Of a DNA stretch of 64,000 nt, positions 1-9,325 are shown one piece after another. The notes beneath the pieces were generated by a model that had not been told where the DNA came from, did not search any database, and saw only the letters and a list, made by a program, of their open reading frames with translations. The translations under genes and the position numbers were made by a program. This DNA comes from an uncultured delta proteobacterium (GTDB taxonomy: Bacteria; Myxococcota; UBA727; VGSZ01): NCBI GenBank assembly GCA_963775425.1, contig CAVZJB010000013.1, positions 224,001 to 288,000 on the forward strand, in the 5' to 3' direction. Numbering within the stretch: the first letter of the stretch is position 1; each line of letters opens with the position of its first letter.

Positions 1-2
1 AC

Positions 3-518
3 CGCCTGGCCGCCGCCGACGGCACCGCGCGGCTGCCGCCCAAGAGCGAGCCGCAGCGCCCCGAGGTGACCGTGGAGACCTTGCAGCACGGCGACGTCGT
101 CCTCGAGGGCACGGACGACTACGTCGTCATCGGCACGCTCGCGTACCGGGAGGAGCAGGACGCATGGAGCGTCCACGTGCTCGACGCCGGCGCCGCCCGC
201 CGCTTCCTCGAGGTGCGCAAGCGCGGCGGCGTGCTGCGCACCGCGCTGTTCGACGCCGTCGAGGACGCGCCCATCCACGGCCACCTCGGCAACGGCCTCA
301 CCTATCGCGACAAGCCGCTCACCGTGGAGGCCCGCGGCGACGCTCGCGTGGCCGTCAGCGGCGAAGCGGCCGAGCGCGCGCCCGGCCTGTTGAAGTACTC
401 CCGTTACGCCGGCCCCGGCGGCGCGCTCCTGGTCGTCGAGGAGGAGGGCGCCGAGAAGCGCGCGTACTTCGGCGCCGCCGTCCCCGTCGACGGCCTCACC
501 ATCTACCCGCACGCGTAG
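3..518 (+). CDS. DUF4178-like protein, 5' end probably outside the window
   Basis: Frame is open from the window edge. Pattern LQHGDVV..YVVIGTLAYRE..W, then RGDARVAVSGE and YAGPGGALLVVE, resembles DUF4178 from memory. Confidence 0.5.
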   Translation, partial: RLAAADGTARLPPKSEPQRPEVTVETLQHGDVVLEGTDDYVVIGTLAYREEQDAWSVHVLDAGAARRFLEVRKRGGVLRTALFDAVEDAPIHGHLGNGLTYRDKPLTVEARGDARVAVSGEAAERAPGLLKYSRYAGPGGALLVVEEEGAEKRAYFGAAVPVDGLTIYPHA

Positions 519-536
519 CGCGGTGACGACGTAGGC

Positions 537-1436
537 CTACAGCTTCTGCAGCTGCTCGAAGCCGGGCAGCGACGAGAGGTCGGGGACCACCACGATCTCG
601 ATGCGGCGGTTCTGCGCGCGGCCCTCGGGCGTGTCGTTCGCGGCCGCCGGCTTGTGGTCACCGAAGCTCGCGGCGCTCACCCGGTCCGCCGGCATGCCGG
701 CGTCGACCATGGTCTTCAACACCGTGAGCGCGCGCGCGCTGGCCAGCTCCCAGTTGGACGGGAAGGCGTCGGTGTGGATGGGGACGTTGTCGGTGTGCCC
801 CTCGATCTGGAAGCGCCGCTCGGGGATGCTGGCGAGCAGCCCGGCCACCTCCTGGATGTTCGCCTTGCCGTCCTTGGACAGCGCCGCCGACCCCGAGGAG
901 AACAGCACGTCGCTGGCGAGGGCGACGACCATGCGGCCGTCGACGATCTTCACCTTGAGCTTGCCGGCGTCGATGAGCGCCTTGAAGCGCGACAGGAGCC
1001 CCTTGTACTCGGCGATGCGGCGGTCGGCCTCGGCCTTGCGCTTGGCCAGCTCGTCGAGCGCCTGCCTCATGTCGTCGACGGAGCTCTTGAGGGCGCTCTT
1101 GTCCTTCACCACCTGCGCCATGTCGGCGACAGCCTTGTCGAGCTGCGCCTGCAGCGCCTTCGCCTTGTCCTGCTCGGCCGCGATCTTCGCCTCCAGCGAG
1201 GTCTTGTCGACGGCGGCGCTCTTCTTCTCGGTGGCGAGGTCCTTTTGCAGGCCGTCGGCGCGGGCGTTGGCGACGTCGAGGTCGTGGTCGGTGGAGGCGA
1301 GGTCGAGCTGCGACTCGGCGAGCCTCTCCTTGGTCTCGGCGTACTGCTTCTGCAGCGCCTCGTGGGTGCCGAGGGAGACGCAGCCCTGGGCGGCGGCGAA
1401 CAACGAAGCGAGCGCGGCGGCGATGAGGACACGCAT
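537..1436 (-). CDS. OmpA/MotB-family peptidoglycan-binding lipoprotein with coiled coil
   Basis: Lipobox AAQG-C, long heptad region, C-terminal VLFSSGSA / IEGHTDN / SNWELASARA / NRRIEIV motifs. Confidence 0.9.
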   Translation of the reverse strand: MRVLIAAALASLFAAAQGCVSLGTHEALQKQYAETKERLAESQLDLASTDHDLDVANARADGLQKDLATEKKSAAVDKTSLEAKIAAEQDKAKALQAQLDKAVADMAQVVKDKSALKSSVDDMRQALDELAKRKAEADRRIAEYKGLLSRFKALIDAGKLKVKIVDGRMVVALASDVLFSSGSAALSKDGKANIQEVAGLLASIPERRFQIEGHTDNVPIHTDAFPSNWELASARALTVLKTMVDAGMPADRVSAASFGDHKPAAANDTPEGRAQNRRIEIVVVPDLSSLPGFEQLQKL

Positions 1437-1454
1437 GCGCGCCGCTTACCACGC

Positions 1455-1460
1455 TAGGCT
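1455..1460 (+). promoter_or_regulatory. Putative -10 box (TAGGCT) of a leaderless transcript
   Basis: TAnnnT hexamer exactly 6 nt before GTG 1467; same geometry at several other genes. Confidence 0.45.
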
Positions 1461-1466
1461 AGGCGG

Positions 1467-2789
1467 GTGGACAGGATCGTGCGCGACCGCAACGGCGTCG
1501 GCCGGCGCATCTGGCGTCGTCGACGCCGGCGCGGATCGAGCGGCACGTTGGGCGCCCGGCGCCCGGGGGCGGACGGACAGGAGCCCGAGCCGTTGCTCGA
1601 CCTCGTGGTCGATGAGCCGCCGCCGCCGCCCCCGAAGAAGCGCGGCCTGCTCGCCAGTCTCCGCGGCGCGCTCCGCGGCGAAAAGAACCCCGTGAAGCAG
1701 AAGAAGCCGCCGCCCGACCCGCCGTACCTCGTCGTCGACCCCACCCGCGACGTGCTCGCCGTCCCGCGCGGCGCGGCCCGCCTCGACGCGTTCGAGAAGG
1801 CCATCAAGACGTGCCCGCAAGGCACGCCGCAATTCCGCGCGCTCGCGCTCGCCTTCCACAGGGAGCTGCTCGCGCTCACCGAGGGCGCCGGCGTGGACCT
1901 CTCGCTGTACGAGACGCGGGTCGAGGCGTGCGCCCGGGCGCTCATCGCCGCGGGCGAGGAGGAGCGCGCGGGCACGCTCTTTTTGCGCGTGGGCCGGCGC
2001 CACCAGGCCGCGGAGCTGTTCGTCGCCGCGGGCGCCATCGACGCGCTCGAGGAGGCGCACGCGCAGATCCAATGGGACGAGGGCGGCCCCAAGCACGACG
2101 CCCGCATGAGCTTCGAGCGCTTCGAGGCGCTGTTCCTCGTGGGGCTGCGCGACCAGGCGTTCGACGCGCTCGAGCGCGCGCACCGGCTGTGGGGCGACAA
2201 CCCCGTCTACACCGAGATCTACAACACCTTCACCGAGCGCCTCGGCGCGGCGCACCGGCTGTCGCTGTCGTCGGGGAGCAAGGCGCTCGTCGTGCTCGGC
2301 GCGTGGCCGGTCGTCATCGGGCGCGGCGAAGAGGCGGGCGTGCGCCTGGCGAGCCCGCTCATCTCGCGCGCGCACCTGAAGCTCGAGCGCAAGGACGGCG
2401 CGCTCGTGGTGGTCGACCTCGAGAGCCGCGGCGGCACGCGCATCGGCGGCGCGCCGCTCGTCGGCAAGCAGGTGCTGGAGCCGGGCGCGGAGATCGACAT
2501 GGCCGGCGTCGTCGTGCGCACCGCCGCCGCGCCGGGCGGGCTGTGGCTCGTGCCCGCGCTCGCCCCCGACCGGCGCACCTTCGCCGCCATCGCCGCCGAC
2601 GTCGCCCTTCCCGGCCCCGACTTCGGCGGCGGCGCCGGCGTGCGCGTGCGCTTCGACGCGCGCGGCCGCGCGGTGCTCGTGCCGCCCGCGACGCTCAACG
2701 GCGAGCCGCTCAAGCGCCCGACGCTCCTGCTCGACGGGGATCGCGTCGGCGCCCGGGGCAGCGTGTGGACGGTTGCCCGGCGGACGTGA
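1467..2789 (+). CDS. FHA domain-containing protein with helical N-terminal region
   Basis: VVIGR..ISRAH..VDLESRGGT FHA signature; degenerate second FHA-like segment TLNGEPL..LLDGDRV at the C-terminus. Confidence 0.75.
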   Translation: MDRIVRDRNGVGRRIWRRRRRRGSSGTLGARRPGADGQEPEPLLDLVVDEPPPPPPKKRGLLASLRGALRGEKNPVKQKKPPPDPPYLVVDPTRDVLAVPRGAARLDAFEKAIKTCPQGTPQFRALALAFHRELLALTEGAGVDLSLYETRVEACARALIAAGEEERAGTLFLRVGRRHQAAELFVAAGAIDALEEAHAQIQWDEGGPKHDARMSFERFEALFLVGLRDQAFDALERAHRLWGDNPVYTEIYNTFTERLGAAHRLSLSSGSKALVVLGAWPVVIGRGEEAGVRLASPLISRAHLKLERKDGALVVVDLESRGGTRIGGAPLVGKQVLEPGAEIDMAGVVVRTAAAPGGLWLVPALAPDRRTFAAIAADVALPGPDFGGGAGVRVRFDARGRAVLVPPATLNGEPLKRPTLLLDGDRVGARGSVWTVARRT

Positions 2790-2791
2790 CC

Positions 2792-2903
2792 AGCGACCGG
2801 AGGGAGCGGCCGCGTTGATAGCGACCGGAGGGGGCGGCCGCGCTGATAGCGACCGGAGGGAGCGGCCGCGCTGATAGCGACCGGAGGGAGCGGCCGCGCT
2901 GAT
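2792..2903. repeat. Tandem repeat, 4 x 28 bp (AGCGACCGGAGGGAGCGGCCGCGCTGAT)
   Basis: Units start at 2792, 2820, 2848, 2876 with 0-1 mismatch and no spacers. Confidence 0.95.
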
Positions 2904-2909
2904 CACGCC

Positions 2910-2934
2910 GAACCGCGCGCCCGGCGACCTCGTA
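2910..2934 (+). promoter_or_regulatory. Candidate ECF-type promoter GAACC-N16-CGTA
   Basis: AAC/CGT bipartite ECF geometry directly upstream of an ECF sigma gene, suggesting autoregulation. Confidence 0.5.
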
Positions 2935-3026
2935 CCCTCCGCATGGGGTCGCCGTGTGCTCGTCTGCCTGGATTGCGCTGGGTCACACAGCGTGGCACGC
3001 CTCGACGCCGTACGGGAGCGCTTCTC

Positions 3027-3638
3027 TTGGCGTCGACGGGGCACACAAGCGGCAAGTCCGACACCGGCGCCAACGACGAGGACGCCGCGCTCGTCCGCGC
3101 CGTCGCCGCGGGCGACAAGCGCTCGCTGGCGCGGCTGTACGAGCGCTACGCGGGCCAGCTCCTGGCGCTCGGCATCCGCATGCTCGGCGTGCGCAGCGAG
3201 GCGGAAGACCTCTTGCACGACGTGATGCTCGAGGTGTGGAAGCGCGCCGGCGACTACGACCCCGCCCGCGGCACCGTGCGCGCGTGGATCTGCCTGCGCA
3301 TGCGCAGCCGCGCGCTCGACCGCAAGAAGTCGCCGCGCGTGGCGCGCGCGGTCACCTGGGACGACGCGCGCGCCGCGCAGACGGAGGCGCCCGCGATGGA
3401 TCCGGGGCTGCGCATGGAGCGTCAGCGCGTGCGCGAGGCGCTGTCGACCTTGAGCGCGGACCAGCGCGCCGTCGTCGACGCGTGCTACTTCGCCGGCCTG
3501 TCGACGGCGGAGGCGGCGGAGAAGCTCGGCTGTCCGGTGGGCACGGTGAAGTCGCGGCTGAGCGCGGCGCGCGAGCGGCTGCGCGCGGCGCTCGGCGACG
3601 CGGGGGCGACGACGGGGGCGGGAGGCACGGCGCCATGA
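3027..3638 (+). CDS. ECF RNA polymerase sigma factor (SigK/RpoE-like); alternative start ATG 2943
   Basis: Region 2 (LYERY..AEDLLHDVMLEVW) and region 4 (GTVKSRL) motifs. TTG 3027 follows GGGAG. Stop overlaps the next ATG (ATGA). Confidence 0.9.
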   Translation: MASTGHTSGKSDTGANDEDAALVRAVAAGDKRSLARLYERYAGQLLALGIRMLGVRSEAEDLLHDVMLEVWKRAGDYDPARGTVRAWICLRMRSRALDRKKSPRVARAVTWDDARAAQTEAPAMDPGLRMERQRVREALSTLSADQRAVVDACYFAGLSTAEAAEKLGCPVGTVKSRLSAARERLRAALGDAGATTGAGGTAP

Positions 3639-4201
3639 CGCAAAGCAAGCGCCCTGACGACGACGAGCTCGACGTGGAGCTGTTCGGCGCGCTCACCGAC
3701 GCGCTGCCGGCGGAGGCGCCGCCGCCGGCGCTCTTCGAGCGGCTGATGAAGTCCGTCGACGCCGAGAGCCGCCTGGGGGATCGCTTCGCCGCGAAGATGG
3801 CCGCCATCATCGACGTCGCGCGCGACACCGCGCAGGCGTTGCTCGACGCCATCGACGACGCCGCGCGCTGGGTGCAGAGCCCGCTGCCCGGAGTGTCGCT
3901 GTTCCACATCGAGGGCGGGCCCGCGGTGGCAAACGCCATCGTCGGCTTCGTGCGCATGCCGCCGGGCGCGGTGTTCCCCACCCACACCCACTCCGGCGAC
4001 GAGATCGTGCTTATCCTGCAGGGCGGCTGCGTGGACGACCAGGGCGTCACGCACCGCGCCGGCGAGGAGCACCGCATGCCCGCCGGCAGCACCCACCGGC
4101 TCACGGCGCTGCCGGGGCCCGACTTCGTCTACCTGAGCGTGGTGCACAACGGCTTCGACATCGGCGACGACCACTTCGGGCCGGACTCCCCCGACATGTG
4201 A
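3635..4201 (+). CDS. ChrR-like cupin anti-sigma factor
   Basis: APPPALFERLM anti-sigma helix then cupin motif PGAVFPTHTH.GDE..LILQG..H; translationally coupled to the sigma gene. Confidence 0.8.
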   Translation: MTQSKRPDDDELDVELFGALTDALPAEAPPPALFERLMKSVDAESRLGDRFAAKMAAIIDVARDTAQALLDAIDDAARWVQSPLPGVSLFHIEGGPAVANAIVGFVRMPPGAVFPTHTHSGDEIVLILQGGCVDDQGVTHRAGEEHRMPAGSTHRLTALPGPDFVYLSVVHNGFDIGDDHFGPDSPDM

Positions 4202-4279
4202 CGCGCTGACGCCGCCGTGATCCGCTCACGGCGGCGGGCCCCCGTGGCGCGCCGGGCCGCGGCGTGGCAGGACAAGGGG

Positions 4280-5011
<732 letters not shown>

Positions 5012-5062
5012 AGGCGCGACGCGCGCGCCGGTCCGAACGCTCCCGGCACGCCCATCCGCGTC

Positions 5063-6007
5063 TCAGCGACTGAACGACACGAGCGGGACGTCGGCCATGG
5101 TGCGCAGGCCCGGCGCCGCGTTCATCACGGCCGGGATGGCGTTGACGACGATGGACGCGGTGGCGACGTCGCCGTGGACGCCGCCGGCCAGGGTGACGTC
5201 GAGGGCGGGATCGCCGTCGATAACGATGTGGTCGCGCGCGCCGTCCTGGCCGAACACTGCCCGGAACGACAGCTCCACGACGACGCTCCCGCCGGCGCTG
5301 GCGCGGCCGATCTGCTCGACGCCGAGCACCTGACCCGGGAGGACCGTGCGCCCGGCTCGCTCGATCACCGCGCCGGCGACGACGACGTCGGACTGCTCTT
5401 GGTAGCCGTCCACGGCGAAGCCGAGGCGCGCGGCGAGCAGCGCGGCGCTCTCCTTGAGGCCGACGTGACCGGTCTTGCCCGCGCGCAGCGCGTCGCGGAC
5501 GTCGTCGGGGGCGAGACCCACGCCCACCTTGTCCTGGAACGGGCGGCGGCGCGCGGACGCGTCCTGCACGCGCTCGACGCGCACGCGCTCGACGCGGCGA
5601 CAGGGGGCGGTGAGGAAGAGCGGCAGCGCGTCCATGAGGAACCCGGGGTTCACGCCCGTCCCGAGGACCGCCACGCCCCGCTCCTTGGCGGCGGCGTCGA
5701 TGCGCTCGGCGAGGGCGCGGCGCGTCCAGGGCCAGGCGAGCTCCTCGCAAGTGGAGACCACGGCCATGCCGCGGCCGACGACGTCGAGGATGAGCGGCGT
5801 GAGCTTTTCGAGCGACGACGTGGTGGTGAGCACGGCGACCTTGGCGTCGTCGGGCGGCGCGCCGGTGACGCGGGCGCCTGCGACGTCGATGCCGATCTTG
5901 CGCGGATCGACGTCGACGACGCCACAGAGCGTGAGCGAAGGCCGCGCGCAGATCTCCTCCGCCACGCGCACCCCGATGGGACCGGCTCCGACGACGACGA
6001 CGCGCAC
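5063..6007 (-). CDS. NAD(P)H-dependent amine dehydrogenase (2,4-diaminopentanoate dehydrogenase / DapB-like family)
   Basis: GAGPIG Rossmann motif, VVSTCEEL, GTGVNPGFLMD, GGVHGDVATA..VNAIP. GGAGG RBS precedes GTG 6007. Confidence 0.8.
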   Translation of the reverse strand: MRVVVVGAGPIGVRVAEEICARPSLTLCGVVDVDPRKIGIDVAGARVTGAPPDDAKVAVLTTTSSLEKLTPLILDVVGRGMAVVSTCEELAWPWTRRALAERIDAAAKERGVAVLGTGVNPGFLMDALPLFLTAPCRRVERVRVERVQDASARRRPFQDKVGVGLAPDDVRDALRAGKTGHVGLKESAALLAARLGFAVDGYQEQSDVVVAGAVIERAGRTVLPGQVLGVEQIGRASAGGSVVVELSFRAVFGQDGARDHIVIDGDPALDVTLAGGVHGDVATASIVVNAIPAVMNAAPGLRTMADVPLVSFSR

Positions 6008-6093
6008 GATGACCTCCCGGCGACCTCGTGCTCCCCATGGTGCCACGCCGCGCGGCGCCTTGTCCGATCCCGGGGCGCGCGCTACTGCGGCGC

Positions 6094-6729
6094 ATGTCCT
6101 GGGACCGTGAGCAGATCGCGAAGAAGGCGGCGGACTTCGTCGAGGACGGCCAGGTGTTGAACCTGGGCATCGGCATCCCCACGCTGGTGGCCAACCACCT
6201 CGAGGGCAAGGACGTCTTCATCCACAGCGAAAACGGCCTGCTCGGCATGGGCCCGTTCCCGTTCGAGGGCGAAGAGGACCCGCAGCTCATCAACGCGGGC
6301 AAGCAGACGGTGACGGTGCTCCCGGGCGGGAGCACCTTCGACAGCTCGCTGTCCTTCGCCATGATCCGCGGCGGCCACGTCGACGTCGCCATGCTCGGCG
6401 CCATGGAGGTTGCCCAAAACGGCGACCTCGCCAACTGGCAGGTGCCCGGGCACAAGGTCACCGGCATGGGCGGCGCCATGGACCTCGTCAGCGGCGCGCG
6501 CCGCGTGGTCTGCCTGATGACCCACACCGACAAGAGCGGCAAGAAGAAGCTCGTGGACGCGTGCACGCTGCCGCTCACGGGGCTCCGCTGCGTCGACGTC
6601 GTCATCACCGACCTTGGCGTGTTCGACGTCGACAAGGACGGCGGTTGCTTCGTGGTGCGCGAGCTCGCGGACGGCGTCACGCTCGACGACGTGCGCGCGA
6701 AGACCGGCGGCTCGCTCCGCGCAGCCTGA
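6094..6729 (+). CDS. scoB: 3-oxoacid CoA-transferase subunit B
   Basis: NLGIGIPT, SENG with catalytic Glu, INAGKQTVT, MIRGGH, GMGGAMDL. Confidence 0.92.
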   Translation: MSWDREQIAKKAADFVEDGQVLNLGIGIPTLVANHLEGKDVFIHSENGLLGMGPFPFEGEEDPQLINAGKQTVTVLPGGSTFDSSLSFAMIRGGHVDVAMLGAMEVAQNGDLANWQVPGHKVTGMGGAMDLVSGARRVVCLMTHTDKSGKKKLVDACTLPLTGLRCVDVVITDLGVFDVDKDGGCFVVRELADGVTLDDVRAKTGGSLRAA

Positions 6730-6745
6730 TGCGGCCTCGCCGGCG

Positions 6746-7603
6746 TCAGGTCGTCGCGACCAGGAGCTCCTCGGCGTTGTTGGGCGGACGAAGGCCGTCG
6801 GTCCTGCCGGCGAAGTAGCGCTCGGCCAGGGCGGCGGCCGAGACGTGCTTCGCCTGTCGAAAGCCGGCCTCGCGGGCGAGCGCGACGATCTCCGCAGGCA
6901 TGAAGAAGCTGATGAACGGCGTCCCGCTCGCCCGCGCACCCTTCGCGGCTTGCTCCATGCCGGGGCGGACCTCGGGGTCGGCGAGCTCTATCGGCAACAA
7001 GAACGACATGACCAGCGTGGACCCCGGCGCGAGCGCCGCCACCTGGTGCAGCGTGGCGGCGACGGCGTCCTTGGTGAGGTACATGCTGACGCCGGTGGAG
7101 GCCACGACGGCGGACCGCTTGGTGTCGAAGCCCGCGGCCGTCAGCTTTTCCCACCACGCGCCGCCGGCCTCGAAGTCGACGGGCACGAGGCGCAGGAACG
7201 GCGGGACGCCGAAGCCGGTCTCGACGAGGCGGCGGCGCTTCCACGCCTGTGGCCCGGGCTGGTCGACCTCGAACACCACCATCTTCGACGCGAGCTCGGG
7301 CCGGCGCTGCGCGAAGGTGTCGAGGCCGGCGCCGAGGATGACGTACTGGTCGACGCCGCGCGCCGCCTGCTCGCCGACGAGGTCCTCGATGAAGCGGGCG
7401 CGCGCCACGATGGACGCGCGGAACGGCCGCGTGAACGGGCTCATGTCCGGGCGGTCCCGCCAGCCTTCTTCCGGCGCCACCAGCTTCAGGCCGACGGCGT
7501 CGTCGAGCACGTGCGGCGGCGGGTCGGCCACGACGTGCAAGGCGCGCCACAGGGCCGTGCGCACCGCGGTGTTGTCCGGCTCGGCGTCATGCTCTTGTGA
7601 CAT
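6746..7603 (-). CDS. SAM-dependent methyltransferase, leucine carboxyl methyltransferase-like family
   Basis: TALWRA, RARFIED, QYVILGAGLDT, FEVDQP, VPVDF, GVSMYL. GGAGG before ATG 7603. Confidence 0.88.
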   Translation of the reverse strand: MSQEHDAEPDNTAVRTALWRALHVVADPPPHVLDDAVGLKLVAPEEGWRDRPDMSPFTRPFRASIVARARFIEDLVGEQAARGVDQYVILGAGLDTFAQRRPELASKMVVFEVDQPGPQAWKRRRLVETGFGVPPFLRLVPVDFEAGGAWWEKLTAAGFDTKRSAVVASTGVSMYLTKDAVAATLHQVAALAPGSTLVMSFLLPIELADPEVRPGMEQAAKGARASGTPFISFFMPAEIVALAREAGFRQAKHVSAAALAERYFAGRTDGLRPPNNAEELLVATT

Positions 7604-7625
7604 CGCGTTCCTCCGGCCCCCGACC

Positions 7626-7649
7626 GTAGGGCGGGGGCTCGTCCCCCGC
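7626..7649 (+). repeat. GTAG-type REP hairpin (type A)
   Basis: GTAGGGCGGGGG-CTCGT-CCCCCGC; one of six type A copies in the window. Confidence 0.85.
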
Positions 7650-7701
7650 ATCGAGAAAGTGAACGCGGCCGGCGACGAGCGCGGCGTGGTACGGATCAGC
7701 G

Positions 7702-8775
7702 ATGCGGACAGCGCTGCGCGTCGCGGTGGTCGCCGGGCTCGTGTGCGGGCCCGCCGTCCCCGCGCGCGCCGTCCTCCTCGGCGACGCCTGCGGCCCCGAC
7801 GTCCACCCCGCCGCGCTCGCGCTGATGATCGACGCCACGTTCTCGGACGACGGCGGCGCGCACACGTTTCGCTCAGCCCACTGCGCGGCGGCGTTGGTGG
7901 CGCCGGACGCGGTGCTCACGGCGGCGCACTGCGTGGACACGTCGCTGCTCCTGCCGGGCAACGCCGTCGACGTCGTCGCGCGCTTCGCCGTCGCCGCCGA
8001 CGACGACCTGCGCGCCGTGGCCGCCGAGGGCTTCCCCGCCGGGAGCGTCGAGGTCACGGCGCTGGTGCTTGACCCGGGCTGGGATCCGCAGGCCTTCTTC
8101 GACGTCGCCGGCACCGGCAACGACCCGCACGACTTCGCCGTGCTGTTCCTGGCGGCGCCGGTCGAGGGCGTCGACCCGCTCGTCCTCGAGACCGAGGCGC
8201 CGGCGCCGGGGCGCGCGGCGGAGATCGTCGGCTGGGGCGAGGACGACGACGGCCTCTCGGGCGTGCGCCGCTGCGCCGAGAGCTTCGTCAACGAGGTCGG
8301 GGCCCACGAGCTGCAGGTCGGCTTCTCGACGAGCTCGCCGCGCGCGTGCGTCGGGGACTCCGGCGGCCCGGTGCTGCTCGCGGACAACGGCCGCGTCGCC
8401 GCCGTGCAGTCGCACCTGTACGACGAGGCCACGCGCTGCGACGAAGGCGCGGTCGCCGGCCTCGTCGATGTCGCGTTCGTCGACGACACCCTGCGCGCGG
8501 CCTGCGACGACGGCGCGCGCGCCGCCTGCGATCCCCCCGGCGCGCTCTTGCCCGCCGTCGACGACGCCGGGCCGGGAGACGCCGGAGACGGCGCGCTCGA
8601 CGCCGGCGACGTCGACGACGGCGGCGGCGGCGGCGACGGGGGCGGCGGGGGCGATGGGAGCGACGGCGGCCCCGGCGGATCGGACGACGCGAGCGCGCCC
8701 TCCTGCGGCTGCGCCCCCGCCGCGCTGCTGTTCCCGCTGGCGCCGCTCGCCCTGCGACGGCGACGACGGCGCTGA
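7702..8775 (+). CDS. Trypsin-like S1 serine protease with MYXO-CTERM-type tail
   Basis: LTAAHC, DFAVL and CVGDSGGP catalytic triad motifs; Gly/Asp linker; CGC-hydrophobic-RRRRR end. Confidence 0.88.
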   Translation: MRTALRVAVVAGLVCGPAVPARAVLLGDACGPDVHPAALALMIDATFSDDGGAHTFRSAHCAAALVAPDAVLTAAHCVDTSLLLPGNAVDVVARFAVAADDDLRAVAAEGFPAGSVEVTALVLDPGWDPQAFFDVAGTGNDPHDFAVLFLAAPVEGVDPLVLETEAPAPGRAAEIVGWGEDDDGLSGVRRCAESFVNEVGAHELQVGFSTSSPRACVGDSGGPVLLADNGRVAAVQSHLYDEATRCDEGAVAGLVDVAFVDDTLRAACDDGARAACDPPGALLPAVDDAGPGDAGDGALDAGDVDDGGGGGDGGGGGDGSDGGPGGSDDASAPSCGCAPAALLFPLAPLALRRRRRR

Positions 8776-8890
8776 CGATCGGGCTGCGTCGCCGTTCGAG
8801 CGAGCGCGGCCGTCAAGGCCCCGTGATGATGAGACCGAAGCTCGCGCAGCCCGCGGCGGCGGCGAGGCAACCGCGGACTCGCGATTCACG

Positions 8891-9325
8891 CGGGGCAAGA
8901 CGTCATCATCTGCGAGAGACCCTCTCGCGCCGTGAATGTCGCAGCGCCGCTGAGCTCAAAGGGCGACGCGCAATGTGGTCCGTGGGCGCCGACGCCGCGG
9001 CGCGGCACGGGCAATACATTCGCGACGTCGGCTACATCGACGACCCGGCGGCTTGACGTCGGCTGCGTGGACGCCCACGCCCACGCGCGGCAGCAGGGAC
9101 GCGACGATGCCCGGCGTCCCCATGATGGCCCCGTAGGGCGGGGGCTTGTCCCCCGCGTCGGAAAGGCCGGGCGGGCGCTGCCGGTGTTTCCGAGGCGCCC
9201 CACAAGGGGCGCCCTACGTCTCGATGTCGTGCGTGCCGTCTCGACGTGTGCGGCGACGGCGAGCAAGACGTCGTCGTCAGCGACGAACGCCGTCCCGCCG
9301 TGAATGTCGTAACGCCGCTGAGCTC
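8891..9325. repeat. Composite REP-containing intergenic element (type A REP 9133-9156, inverted type B REP 9195-9217, flanking ~60-bp modules)
   Basis: Aligns by eye with 50968-51172 and 51973-52219. Confidence 0.8.

Noticed and set aside
537-1436. Flagellar stator motB
   Set aside because: Has a lipoprotein signal rather than the MotB transmembrane Asp helix, and no motA is adjacent.
2792-2903. CRISPR array or plasmid iterons
   Set aside because: No spacers, no rep gene and no AT-rich unwinding region.
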